Positions 31,855 to 41,260 of a DNA stretch of 64,000 nt are shown piece by piece (the stretch's first letter is position 1; each line of letters starts with the position of its first letter). The notes beneath the pieces were generated by a model. It worked only from the letters and a program-made list of their open reading frames with translations, was not told where the DNA came from and searched no databases. The stretch covers positions 1 to 64,000 of the forward strand of contig CAWEMM010000011.1 of NCBI GenBank assembly GCA_963810095.1. Direction: 5' to 3'. Source of the DNA: an uncultured Chloroflexia bacterium. Its GTDB lineage: Bacteria > Chloroflexota > Anaerolineae > CG2-30-64-16. A program made the position numbers and the translations under genes.

Positions 31855-32889
31855 ATGATGCGAAAGGGAGTGGCTCGTCGAACAGCCCTTGTCGCCCTGA
31901 CCTTATCGTGTGTTCTGACCGCCGCCCTGCTGGCGGCCACCGTTTTGCCCGCAAGTGCACAGACGGCTGCGCCGGCGCAAGGCAGCCCTACCATTAAGGC
32001 CGTGGAACTGCGGCTCTGGCCCGAGTACGACGACCCTGGTGTGCTGGTGATCGTTTCCGGGCAGCTTGCCGACGGTGTCTCGTTCCCCTTCCAGGCATCG
32101 TTCCCGCTGCCCGCCGGCGCTCGCAACATCCAAGCCACCTACCAGGATGCGTCGGGCTCGCTGATCAACCGGCCGTTTGAAGTCAAAGACGGCAACCTGA
32201 CCTACGAACTGCCATCGGCGGGCTTTCATTACGAATATTATGTAGACCGTGCGCCCTCGGGTGACGAGCGGAACATTGCCTACCAATTCGTCGCCCCGTA
32301 TGCGGTCGACGCGCTGACGGTCGCCGTGCAGCAGCCGGCCCGGGCTACGGGCTTTGCGCTCACGCCCGCAGCCGAAAGCTCGGAGACCGGCCAGGACGGG
32401 CTGACGTATCACGTTCTCAACCGCCGCAACCTGGCGGCCGGCGAGAAGGTCGACATCGGCATCCGCTACGCAAAGACCGACACCGGTCTGAGTGCGCCGC
32501 AGCTGGCGGTCGCCGCAACTGGCTCTGCCGGGCAGGCGACGACCGGCCCGGCCCCGGCGGCGGCCGGTGGGTCGACCGGCGTGATGAGCTGGCTGCCGTG
32601 GCTGCTGATCGGCCTGGGGCTGGCGCTGGGCGCAGCCGCGCTGGTCTACTGGTTGGTTGTTGCGCGGCCGCGGGCTGCGCCGGCGAGTGCAAGCGCAGCG
32701 AAGAGCGGTGCGCCTGTGAAGCCGCAACCGGCGGCACGCGGCCAGGCGGTTCGGCCGGCAGCACCCGCTCGTGCGGCACCCCGGCCCGAGCCTGCGGCCG
32801 AGCCCGTCAGCTTCTGCACCAATTGCGGCCACGGCCTGAAAGCCGAAGACCGCTTCTGCTCGCAGTGCGGCGCGCCACGGCGCACTTAG
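31855..32889 (+). CDS. Membrane-anchored protein with extracytoplasmic domain and C-terminal zinc ribbon, first gene of the ccm operon
   Basis: Signal peptide, LWPEYD motif, TM helix, FCTNCG...FCSQCG. Confidence 0.8.
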   Translation: MMRKGVARRTALVALTLSCVLTAALLAATVLPASAQTAAPAQGSPTIKAVELRLWPEYDDPGVLVIVSGQLADGVSFPFQASFPLPAGARNIQATYQDASGSLINRPFEVKDGNLTYELPSAGFHYEYYVDRAPSGDERNIAYQFVAPYAVDALTVAVQQPARATGFALTPAAESSETGQDGLTYHVLNRRNLAAGEKVDIGIRYAKTDTGLSAPQLAVAATGSAGQATTGPAPAAAGGSTGVMSWLPWLLIGLGLALGAAALVYWLVVARPRAAPASASAAKSGAPVKPQPAARGQAVRPAAPARAAPRPEPAAEPVSFCTNCGHGLKAEDRFCSQCGAPRRT

Positions 32890-32968
32890 GCGCCCGAACC
32901 CACGTGGCAGCCCGACCCCTGGTGGGGCGCACGGCCGCGAGGGTCTGATGCGAAATAGGAGTTGCGCT

Positions 32969-33484
32969 ATGCGCAAGACAGTCTACCTGGCCCTGGCGTT
33001 GGTCGCACTGCTCGGCCTGAGCGTGCCGCTTGCCGGCGCGCAGACGCCCACGCCGAACCAGATCAACGACGTGGCAAAGGATTTGTGGTGCCCGCTGTGC
33101 AACGGCGTGCGGCTGGACAACTGCGAGCTGCAGGCCTGCGTCCAGATCCGCGAGCTGATCGGCCAGAAGCTCGAGGCGGGCGAGAGCAAGGACGCGATCA
33201 AGGCGTATTTCGTCCAGCAGTACGGTGACGTCGTGCTGGGTCAGCCCCCACGCGAGGGCTTCAACCTGATCGCCTACATTTTCCCGTTCCTGGCAGCCGC
33301 TATCGGCCTCGCCTGGGTGGTCTACCTGGTTCTCTCCTGGCGCAGGCGCCAGACGGCCAATGTCGCGGCTGCGGCGGCCGCCGAGGCCCGGCCCGGCGCC
33401 GGTCCGAGCGCGAGCCGTAAGCCGGGCGAAGAGTCGGACGAATACATGAAACGCGTCGAGCGCGAACTGCGCGATACGGAATAG
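32969..33484 (+). CDS. ccmH: Cytochrome c biogenesis protein CcmH/CcmL
   Basis: [22 protein letters not shown]-terminal TM. Confidence 0.88.
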   Translation: MRKTVYLALALVALLGLSVPLAGAQTPTPNQINDVAKDLWCPLCNGVRLDNCELQACVQIRELIGQKLEAGESKDAIKAYFVQQYGDVVLGQPPREGFNLIAYIFPFLAAAIGLAWVVYLVLSWRRRQTANVAAAAAAEARPGAGPSASRKPGEESDEYMKRVERELRDTE

Positions 33485-33492
33485 ACGAAGCT

Positions 33493-34117
33493 ATGACAAC
33501 TTTCGAAGAACCCGCCGGGAGCAATTCGGCCCCGGACGCCACCGCAGAAGAACCCGTCGCCCAGGTGCCAGCCAAGCGCAAGGTTCCTGCCTTCTTCATC
33601 GTCCTCGGTGTCGGCATCCTCTTCCTCGGCGGCCTGCTTGCCGTGATGTTGATCAAGCCACCGCAGAAGAGCCTGTGCGACGAGGTCGCGCCGGACTGGA
33701 CGCTGACCCTGTTCCCCGAATACAAGGGCGGCGTGCAAAGCGACACCGTTAGCCTCGCCGACCTGAAGGGCAAGGGCGTCGTCCTCAATTTCTGGGCCAG
33801 CTGGTGCGGGCCCTGCGAGCAAGAAGCCGCGGAGCTCGAGGCGGCGTGGCAGAAGTACAAGGATAAGGGCATCGTGTTCATCGGCGTGGACTATCTTGAC
33901 CAGGACCCCGCCGCGAAGCGATACCTGCGAGAAATTCGGAATCACCTATCCGAACGGGCCGGACCTCGCCAGCAAGGTCTCGAAGCGCTACACAATCCGT
34001 GGCGTGCCCGAAACGTTCTTCATCGATCCGCAGGGCAAGCTCGTCGGCTGCCGCCAGATCGGCCCATTCACCGGCGACGGCAGCCTCGATCAGCGGATCG
34101 CGGAGATCATGCCCTAA
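33493..34117 (+). CDS. TlpA/ResA-type thiol-disulfide oxidoreductase (frameshift near 33930)
   Basis: [22 protein letters not shown]. Confidence 0.88.
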
Positions 34118-34134
34118 TGAGAACGGACTCCTTG

Positions 34135-34212
34135 CCACAAAGACACGAAGTCACAAAGGCTGATTTGTCCGAAGGACACTTCGCGCGCCCTTGTGTCTTG
34201 GTGGCTTCGTGG
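34135..34212. repeat. 8-nt-periodic palindromic element
   Basis: CCACAAAG ACACGAAG TCACAAAG ... CCTTGTGT CTTGGTGG CTTCGTGG. Confidence 0.8.
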
Positions 34213-34240
34213 TGAGAAACCCGCTCCCTTGGAGTGTAAA

Positions 34241-36286
34241 ATGACTGACCTTGGTTATATCGCCCTGGTGCTGGCATTTGTACTGAGCATCTACGGTATC
34301 GCCGTTTCGATCGTCGGCGCGCGGCGCAATCAGCTGGCGTTCGTCAACAGCGGGCGCAATGCCGTATACGTCGTCAGCGGGCTGGTCATCTTCGCAGCCC
34401 TGCTCATGTGGCGCGCGCTGCTGACCAACGAGTTCCAGATCGACTTCGTCCAGGGGCACAGCGAAGTCGCCTTGCCGACTCTCTTCAAGATTTCGGCCCT
34501 GTGGGGCGGCCAGGCCGGCTCGCTGCTGTTCTGGAGCGTGCTCGCGTCGGTGATGGCGATCTCCGCAGTGTGGTTCTTCCGCCGCGACCAGCCCAGCCTC
34601 AAGCCCTGGGTGAACGTGGTTCTCCTGATCTACATCGGCTTCTTCATGAGCCTGCTGCTGTTCGCCGAGAACCCCTTCAACCGCCTGTGGCGCGTTGGCG
34701 GGCAGATGGCGACCGCCGTGTTCCCGCCGACGGGGGCCACCCCGCTCGTACCTGCGGACGGCCAGGGCCTGAACCCACAGCTGCAGAACTACTGGATGGT
34801 GATGCACCCGATCGCGCTCTACTTGGGCTTCGTCGGGATGACCGTGCCATTCGCGTTCGCCGTGGCCGCGCTCGTTACCGGCCAACTCGGCAATTCCTGG
34901 ATCAAGCTGATCCGGCGCTGGACCCTTGTGCCGTGGGCGTTCCTGACGATCGGCATCATCCTCGGCTCGCAGTGGGCGTACATCGAGCTTGGGTGGGGCG
35001 GCTATTGGGCCTGGGACCCTGTCGAAAATGCCTCGTTCCTGCCGTGGCTGACTGCAACCGCGTTTGTCCATAGCATCATGATCCAGGAACGCCGCGGCAT
35101 GCTCAAGGTGTGGAACATGGTGCTGATCGCGCTGACCTGGGAGCTGACGCTGATCGGCACGTTCCTCACCCGCTCGGGCGTGGTGCAGTCGGTGCATTCG
35201 TTTGCGCTGTCGCCGGTGGGCCCCATGTTCCTGGGCTTCATCATCCTCACGCTGCTCGGCTTTATGGCGCTGTTGGCCTGGCGCTGGCCCAAGCTCAAGA
35301 GCGAGAACACGCTCGACGCCGTGCTGTCACGTGAGACAAGCTTCCTGTCGCAAAACGTGATCTTCGTGCTGATCATGGCCGCGACCTTCCTCGGCACCAT
35401 CTTCCCGTCCATCTCTGAGCTGGTGACGGGCGACAAGATCTCGCTCAACGCGCCCTACTTTATGCGCGTGAACGGCCCGATCTTCATGGTGCTGCTGATT
35501 CTGATGGGCGCGGCCCCGCTGCTCGCCTGGCGCCGGTCGGCGCCCGAGACGCTGCGCAGCAACTTCCTGGTCCCCATCGTTGCGGGCCTGGTGAGCGTGC
35601 CCATTATGTACCTGATCGGCAATCGCACGACGGGCGGCTTTGTCGGCGTGGCGATCCTGGTCTTTGTCGCAAGCGGCATCGTCCAGGAGTACGTGCGCGG
35701 CGTGCGAGCGCGCCGGCAGTCTACCGGCGAGCCCGTGCCCACGGCCTTGGTCGGCCTGGTGCGGCGCAACGGTCGCCGTTACGGCGGCTATATCGTCCAC
35801 ATCGGCGTGCTGCTGATCGCACTGGGCATCATCGGGAACGAGTTCTACCAGTCCGAAGGCGAAGCCAACCTGGCGAAGGGCGAGAGCATGACCGTCGCCA
35901 ACTACACCTTGACCTACGAGAAGCTGGACATGGTGCAGGGCCCCAACTACACCGAGCTCATTGCGCCCATGACCGTGACCAAGAACGGCCGCCCGATCGG
36001 CGAGATTCTCCCGAAAAAGCACGTCTACGATAAGAACCCCGAGCAACCGATGAGCGAGGTGGGCCTGCGGCCCGGGCTCGTCGAAGACGTGTACGTGGTG
36101 CTGGCCGGTTGGGACAACAACGGCGCCACCGCCTCGTTCAAGGTGTTCGTCAACCCGCTCATGTCGTGGATGTGGATCGGGGGCATCGTCATGATGATCG
36201 GCGTCCTGATTTCGGCCTGGCCGCGTCGCGTCGCCTCCACCGCCGAGGCTACCCGCCGCGTCCCCGAAGGCGCGCAGACGGCGTAG
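34241..36286 (+). CDS. ccmF: Heme lyase CcmF
   Basis: ALWGGQAGSLLFW, GLNPQLQN..M..HP, WGGYWAWDPVENAS, FLTRSGVVQSVHSFA. Confidence 0.95.
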   Translation: MTDLGYIALVLAFVLSIYGIAVSIVGARRNQLAFVNSGRNAVYVVSGLVIFAALLMWRALLTNEFQIDFVQGHSEVALPTLFKISALWGGQAGSLLFWSVLASVMAISAVWFFRRDQPSLKPWVNVVLLIYIGFFMSLLLFAENPFNRLWRVGGQMATAVFPPTGATPLVPADGQGLNPQLQNYWMVMHPIALYLGFVGMTVPFAFAVAALVTGQLGNSWIKLIRRWTLVPWAFLTIGIILGSQWAYIELGWGGYWAWDPVENASFLPWLTATAFVHSIMIQERRGMLKVWNMVLIALTWELTLIGTFLTRSGVVQSVHSFALSPVGPMFLGFIILTLLGFMALLAWRWPKLKSENTLDAVLSRETSFLSQNVIFVLIMAATFLGTIFPSISELVTGDKISLNAPYFMRVNGPIFMVLLILMGAAPLLAWRRSAPETLRSNFLVPIVAGLVSVPIMYLIGNRTTGGFVGVAILVFVASGIVQEYVRGVRARRQSTGEPVPTALVGLVRRNGRRYGGYIVHIGVLLIALGIIGNEFYQSEGEANLAKGESMTVANYTLTYEKLDMVQGPNYTELIAPMTVTKNGRPIGEILPKKHVYDKNPEQPMSEVGLRPGLVEDVYVVLAGWDNNGATASFKVFVNPLMSWMWIGGIVMMIGVLISAWPRRVASTAEATRRVPEGAQTA

Positions 36287-36295
36287 CTGTTTTTC

Positions 36296-36366
36296 ACCAC
36301 AAAGACTCAAAGACACGAAGCTACACTAGACCTTTGTGCAGCTTCGTGTCTTCGGGGCTTCGTGGT
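36296..36366. repeat. 8-nt-periodic palindromic element
   Basis: CCACAAAG ACTCAAAG ACACGAAG ... CTTCGTGT CTTCGGGG CTTCGTGG. Confidence 0.8.
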
Positions 36367-36387
36367 TAGCCAACTCTGGATGACCTA

Positions 36388-36990
36388 ATGAATGCGATTG
36401 TTTTTATTGCCCTGGCCGCGGTCCTGATCGGCCTGGCTTTCTACCTGGTGGCGCGGCCGCTGATCCAGGAGGCGCAACGGCAGTCTGGCCCTGCGCCCGT
36501 GGTATCAGAGCAGGAACGCCTGCAGGAGCTGCTGGCCCAGCGCGACGCAGCCTTCCAGGCCCTGCGTGAGTTGAACTTCGACTACAAGGTCGGCAAGATC
36601 ACCGACGACGATTATGTCGCGTTCGAAGCCAACCTGAAGCAAAACGCCGCGCAGACGCTCCGCGCGCTGGATCAGTGGGAAGCCGAGACCGACGACGACC
36701 TCGACTCGGCCATGGAGGATGCGATCCTCACCCGCAGGAGCGCGCTGGCATCGAGCGAAGTCGCGGAGCCAGACGGCCGCACATGTCCAAAGTGCGGACG
36801 TCCCGCGCTCGACGGCGACAAGTTCTGCGCCAGGTGCGGGACGACCCTGCCCGCATTTGCCGCGCCTGCGGCCCCGGCAAGCACGGGGCTTGCCTGCCCG
36901 AAATGCGGGGAACCGCACACGGCGTCCGACAAGTTCTGCCCGAAGTGCGGACAGTCGCTGCTGGCCGAGGTGGCGCCGGCTGCGCAGTAG
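36388..36990 (+). CDS. CcmI-N-like TM/coiled-coil protein with double zinc ribbon
   Basis: N-terminal TM, LRELNFDYKVGKITDDDY, two CxxC...FCxxCG ribbons. Confidence 0.8.
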   Translation: MNAIVFIALAAVLIGLAFYLVARPLIQEAQRQSGPAPVVSEQERLQELLAQRDAAFQALRELNFDYKVGKITDDDYVAFEANLKQNAAQTLRALDQWEAETDDDLDSAMEDAILTRRSALASSEVAEPDGRTCPKCGRPALDGDKFCARCGTTLPAFAAPAAPASTGLACPKCGEPHTASDKFCPKCGQSLLAEVAPAAQ

Positions 36991-37040
36991 TTGAGGGTGC
37001 GGCCAATGCATAGCACCGGGCGGACTGCGGGAACGCCTTC

Positions 37041-37073
37041 AGACCGTCGGGGTCTTCCAGACCCCGACGGTCT
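37041..37073. repeat. Perfect 14-bp inverted repeat (REP-like or terminator)
   Basis: AGACCGTCGGGGTC-TTCCA-GACCCCGACGGTCT. Confidence 0.7.
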
Positions 37074-37100
37074 CTTGCGCAAAAGGCTGCACTAACGCCC

Positions 37101-40100
37101 ATGCCTCCTGACCTGCCCCCCGCGATCGCGGCAGCACTGGCCGCCTCTGCGAGCCCGGAGCGCGCCGAGGTCAACTTCGAGCGCTTACTCAACTCGAGCC
37201 CGGAACCCTCAGAGGTCATACAAGCGCTGGTCGACGACCCCCACACGGTCGAAGCGCTGGTCGCGGTGCTCTCCAGCAGCCAGTTCCTGACCGAAATCCT
37301 GCTGCGCAATCCGGGTTACCTCGCGCTGCTCGCCGCACGCAGCGGCCTCGCCCAGATCAAGACCGCGGGCTGGCTGCGCGCCGGGGCCCGCAATGCCACC
37401 GACCCGTTCCTGACCGGTGAAGCGAACGATCCCGAAGCCGCCCTCGATGCGCTGCGGCGTTATCAACAGCGGGAGCTGCTGCGTATCGGCGCGGCAGACC
37501 TCGCCGGGCTCGTCGAGCTGGCGTCCGTGACAAACCAGCTCTCCCTGCTCGCCGACGCCATCGTCCAGACTGCCCTCGAGATCGTCGCCGCCCGCCTCGA
37601 TATCGCGCCTGACGGTTTTGTGGTCGTCGCAATGGGCAAGCTGGGCGGCCTGGAACTTAACTACAGCTCGGACATCGACCTCATCTTTGTGTGCGACGAC
37701 GACGGGAACGGACGGGACGGGGCCGAGGAGGCCCAGGACCGCTGGCGCCGCCTGGGCGAGCAGCTAGTCGTGGCCCTGACCCGCGCAACCTCGGAAGGCT
37801 TCCTGTATCGCGTCGACATGCGCCTGCGGCCGTGGGGCCGGGTGGGCCCCCTCGTGTCGACCCGCGCGGGCTATCTGAAGTACCTCCGCGAACATGCCCG
37901 GCTGTGGGAAAAGCAGGCGCTCTTGCGCGGGCGTCCCAGCGCGGGCGACCTTGGTCTCGGCCGTGCTCTGCTCAGCGAAGCCGAGCCGCTGCTGTTTGCC
38001 TCGGGCGAGGAAGCAGTGCGCCGCGAGGTGCACGGCATGAAGCTGGAGACCGAGGCGCAGCTGCGCCGGGCCGGCCGCATCTGGGGTGAGGTGAAGCTGG
38101 GTGAGGGCTCGATCCGAGACGCGGAATTCGTCGTGCAATACCTCCAGCTGGCCTACGGGGGCCGCAGCGAGGAACTGCGTACTGGGAACACCCTCGAAGC
38201 CATGAACAGGCTTGCCGAGCTTGACCTGCTCTCGCCGGGCGAACACCGCGTCCTCGCCGAAGGCTACACCTTCCTGCGCACGGTCGAACACTACCTGCAG
38301 ATCCTGGAATACCGCCAGACCCACTCCTTGCCCGAGGCGCCGGCCGATCTGAAGTACCTCGCGCGGCGGCTTGGGTTCACCGGGCGGCGAGCCGCCGAGG
38401 CGTTCCTGGCGCGGTACGAGCAGCACTCAGCGGCCGTGCGGGCGGTGTACCTGCGCCACCTGGCCGGCGCGGCCGCTGAGAAACCCGGTTTGCCTGATAG
38501 CGGCTTCCTTGACGCTGGAGACTTAGCAATGATGCTAGAAAACGCCGATTCGCCTTCGCCGGCAGCCCGGACACACATGGCCCGCCTCGCGCCCTCATAT
38601 GCCGCAACGTTCGACCCCACGGAGATCGAGCGGCATGCGCTCATGGCTGCCCGGCTCGACGTCGGGCAGCCGGTCGCCGTCGAGACAGAGCGGCTGGACG
38701 GGGCGCGAACGCGCGTCACGATCGTCGGTTTCGACTACCTCGGCGAACTGAGTGCGATCTGCGGTCTGTTGTTCGCCTATGGCTACAGCATCATCGACGG
38801 TTATGTCTACACCTACGAGCAGAATGCGGCCGCCCGCGAGCAGCGGAAGATCGTCGACGTATTCACGGTGAGCGCAGTGGATCCGGACTCGGCGGGCGAC
38901 AACTGGCAAGCCTACGAAATCGACCTGCTGCGCCTGATCCGTCTGCTGCAGGACCGCCAGCAGCGTGCGGCCCAAGGCGAGCTGGCGAAGCGGGTGGCAG
39001 GTGCGCTGCGCCTCCGCGAACACGCCGCGCCGGCCCTCCCGCCTGTCGAAATCGAGATCGACAACGACGCGTCGGAGCGCTACACCGTGCTCCAGATCAG
39101 CGCGCCCGACACGCCGGGCTTCCTGTACGAGTTCACGAACGCGCTCGCGCTTTCTGGTGTCCACATCAGCCAGGTGTTCGTCATCTCGACGGGCGCCCGA
39201 GTGCGCGACACCCTCTTCGTCACCGACAGCCGGGGCGAAAAGATCACGAGCGAGGAGCGGCAGCGCGAGCTGCGGGCGGCAACTGTGCTCATCAAGCACT
39301 TCACCCACCTGCTGCCGCGCTCGCCCAACCCCGAGTCCGCGCTGATCCATTTCCATGAGTATCTCAGCGATCTTTTCAGCAGGCCCTCGTGGCCCGATGA
39401 GCTTGCGTCGCTCGAGCGCCCGGAGGTGCTGGACGCGCTGGCCCGGCTGCTCGGCGTCTCCGACTTCCTGTGGGACGACTTCCTGCGGATGCAGTATGAG
39501 AACTTGTTCCCTGTCGTAACAAACGTCGAAGGGTTGGCGCAGGCCAAGACCGCGCAGGACCTCAGGCTGGAGCTCGCGCCGGCGCTCTTGGCCGGCAGTT
39601 GGCGGCACGCGCTCAACGAGTTCAAAGATCGCGAGATGTTCCGCATCGACATGCGCGACATCCTCGGCCAGACGCCCAGCTTCGATGCGTTCTCGGGCGA
39701 ACTGACGGACCTTGTAGAAGTCGTCCTCGATGCGGCAGTTCAGCAGGTCGAGCGGGAGTTACGCGCCCAGTACGGCGCGCCGCTCGACGAGGCAGGACGC
39801 CCCGCCCGGCTGGCGCTGGCCGCCCTCGGCAAGTGCGGCGGCCGCGAGCTGGGTTTCGCCTCCGATATCGAGCTCATGTTCGTATTTGCGGGCGCGGACA
39901 ACAGGGGGTTCGGGGAGACGTCGGGGCCCCGGGTGATTCAGACGCCGGAATACTACGAGAAGCTGGTGGTTGAAACAACGCGGGCGATCTCCGCTCGTCG
40001 CGAGGGCATTTTTGAGATCGACCTGCAGCTGCGGCCGTATGGCAAGGCGGGCAGCCTCGCCGTCTCGCTCGAAGCCTTCCGCAAGTACTTCGCCCCCGGT

Positions 40101-40685
40101 GGGCCGGCTTGGCCCTACGAACGGCAGGCGCTGGTCAAGCTCCGCTGCATCGGCCGGCCAGACCGGCCGCAGGACCAGGCACTAGGCCGCGAACTCGAAG
40201 CTTTACGGGATAGCTACATCTACACCGGAGCGGCGTTTGACGTCGCAGCCATGCGAGCGATGCGCGAGCGGCAGCTGCGCCACCTGGTCGAAGCGGGGCG
40301 GATCAACGCCAAGTTCAGCAAGGGCGGGCTGGTCGACCTGGAGTACATCGTGCAGGGGCTGCAGATGGCCCACGGCCACCGGCATCCGGGCCTGCGCGTC
40401 ACAAACACGGGCGCAGCGATCGGCGCGCTCGCCGCAGCCGCCATCATCTCGGCCGAGAACGCCGCCCGCCTCGAGGACGCGCTGGGGTTCCTCCGCCATC
40501 TGATCAATGCGCTGCGCATGGTGCGGGGTAACAGCAAGGACTTGACCGTGCCGCCGGTAGACAGCGAGGAGTTCGCGTTCCTCGCCCGCCGCCTAGGTTA
40601 CGGCCATGACGCCGAGCGCCTGGGTGTGACGCTGAACGAGACGATGGGCTGGGTGCAGCGGCTGGAGGGCCGGCTGCTGGGATAA
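37101..40685 (+). CDS. glnE: Glutamine synthetase adenylyltransferase with central ACT-like domains
   Basis: Two NT motifs (MGKLGGLELNYSSDIDL; LGKCGGRELGFASDIEL), RVDMRLRPWG, K.G.G.IRD.EF; ACT-like DYLGELS and DTPGFLY segments. Confidence 0.9.
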   Translation: MPPDLPPAIAAALAASASPERAEVNFERLLNSSPEPSEVIQALVDDPHTVEALVAVLSSSQFLTEILLRNPGYLALLAARSGLAQIKTAGWLRAGARNATDPFLTGEANDPEAALDALRRYQQRELLRIGAADLAGLVELASVTNQLSLLADAIVQTALEIVAARLDIAPDGFVVVAMGKLGGLELNYSSDIDLIFVCDDDGNGRDGAEEAQDRWRRLGEQLVVALTRATSEGFLYRVDMRLRPWGRVGPLVSTRAGYLKYLREHARLWEKQALLRGRPSAGDLGLGRALLSEAEPLLFASGEEAVRREVHGMKLETEAQLRRAGRIWGEVKLGEGSIRDAEFVVQYLQLAYGGRSEELRTGNTLEAMNRLAELDLLSPGEHRVLAEGYTFLRTVEHYLQILEYRQTHSLPEAPADLKYLARRLGFTGRRAAEAFLARYEQHSAAVRAVYLRHLAGAAAEKPGLPDSGFLDAGDLAMMLENADSPSPAARTHMARLAPSYAATFDPTEIERHALMAARLDVGQPVAVETERLDGARTRVTIVGFDYLGELSAICGLLFAYGYSIIDGYVYTYEQNAAAREQRKIVDVFTVSAVDPDSAGDNWQAYEIDLLRLIRLLQDRQQRAAQGELAKRVAGALRLREHAAPALPPVEIEIDNDASERYTVLQISAPDTPGFLYEFTNALALSGVHISQVFVISTGARVRDTLFVTDSRGEKITSEERQRELRAATVLIKHFTHLLPRSPNPESALIHFHEYLSDLFSRPSWPDELASLERPEVLDALARLLGVSDFLWDDFLRMQYENLFPVVTNVEGLAQAKTAQDLRLELAPALLAGSWRHALNEFKDREMFRIDMRDILGQTPSFDAFSGELTDLVEVVLDAAVQQVERELRAQYGAPLDEAGRPARLALAALGKCGGRELGFASDIELMFVFAGADNRGFGETSGPRVIQTPEYYEKLVVETTRAISARREGIFEIDLQLRPYGKAGSLAVSLEAFRKYFAPGGPAWPYERQALVKLRCIGRPDRPQDQALGRELEALRDSYIYTGAAFDVAAMRAMRERQLRHLVEAGRINAKFSKGGLVDLEYIVQGLQMAHGHRHPGLRVTNTGAAIGALAAAAIISAENAARLEDALGFLRHLINALRMVRGNSKDLTVPPVDSEEFAFLARRLGYGHDAERLGVTLNETMGWVQRLEGRLLG

Positions 40686-40694
40686 CGGTCCTTA

Positions 40695-41165
40695 CCGGGG
40701 ACCTCTCGCGGCGCACTTCCGATGTGTTTCCTCGCCGGGGACCTCTGGCCCCCAGCGCACTTCCGCTGTGTTTTTAGCCGGGGACCTCTGGCCCCCGGCG
40801 CCCCCGACAAGGGGCTGCGCCCCCTTGACCCCCAAAGCGTCTCGGGGGAAGCGGAATCCGCCGAACAGGCCCGTGGTCCGTCGGCCGAGTGCGGGGCTAA
40901 TCGGGAGGGGTTCGCAGAAACGAGGCGTCGTAGGGCGCGTGACCCAATCGGTCCCTTCAGGGGGAGACCTGGAGCAGAGTGCCCGTGTACTGGCCAAGGA
41001 GCGAAGCCTTTGGGGGTCTCGGGGGCAACGCCCCCGAGGCGGGGGCGGCGGGGGCCAGCCGGCCCTCGCCAAAACCATCGTGCTACGAAAACCGGGCGGC
41101 GGGGCCAGCCGGCCCGCCGAAAAACATCGTGCTGCGAAAATGGGCACGGCCCTGCCATTAGCAGA
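40695..41165. repeat. Mirror-symmetric GC-hairpin composite repeat region
   Basis: 3x CCGGGGACCTCT units (40695, 40735, 40778), 2x GGGGCCAGCCGGCCC..AAAA.CATCGTGCT.CGAAAA, and divergent TTTGGGGGTC..GGGGC..GCCCC motifs. Confidence 0.75.
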
Positions 41166-41260
41166 ATCCACGAACGCGTGCAGCCAGTCCCCGCCTCGGA
41201 GCCCAAACTCATTGCGAGGCAAGCACGGGCGAGCTAATGCTCGCCCCTACATGCGCAACC

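Noticed and set aside
40695-40800. Three ~40-nt-period repeats resembling a mini CRISPR array
   Set aside because: The intervening sequences are themselves near-identical rather than unique spacers, and no cas genes are present
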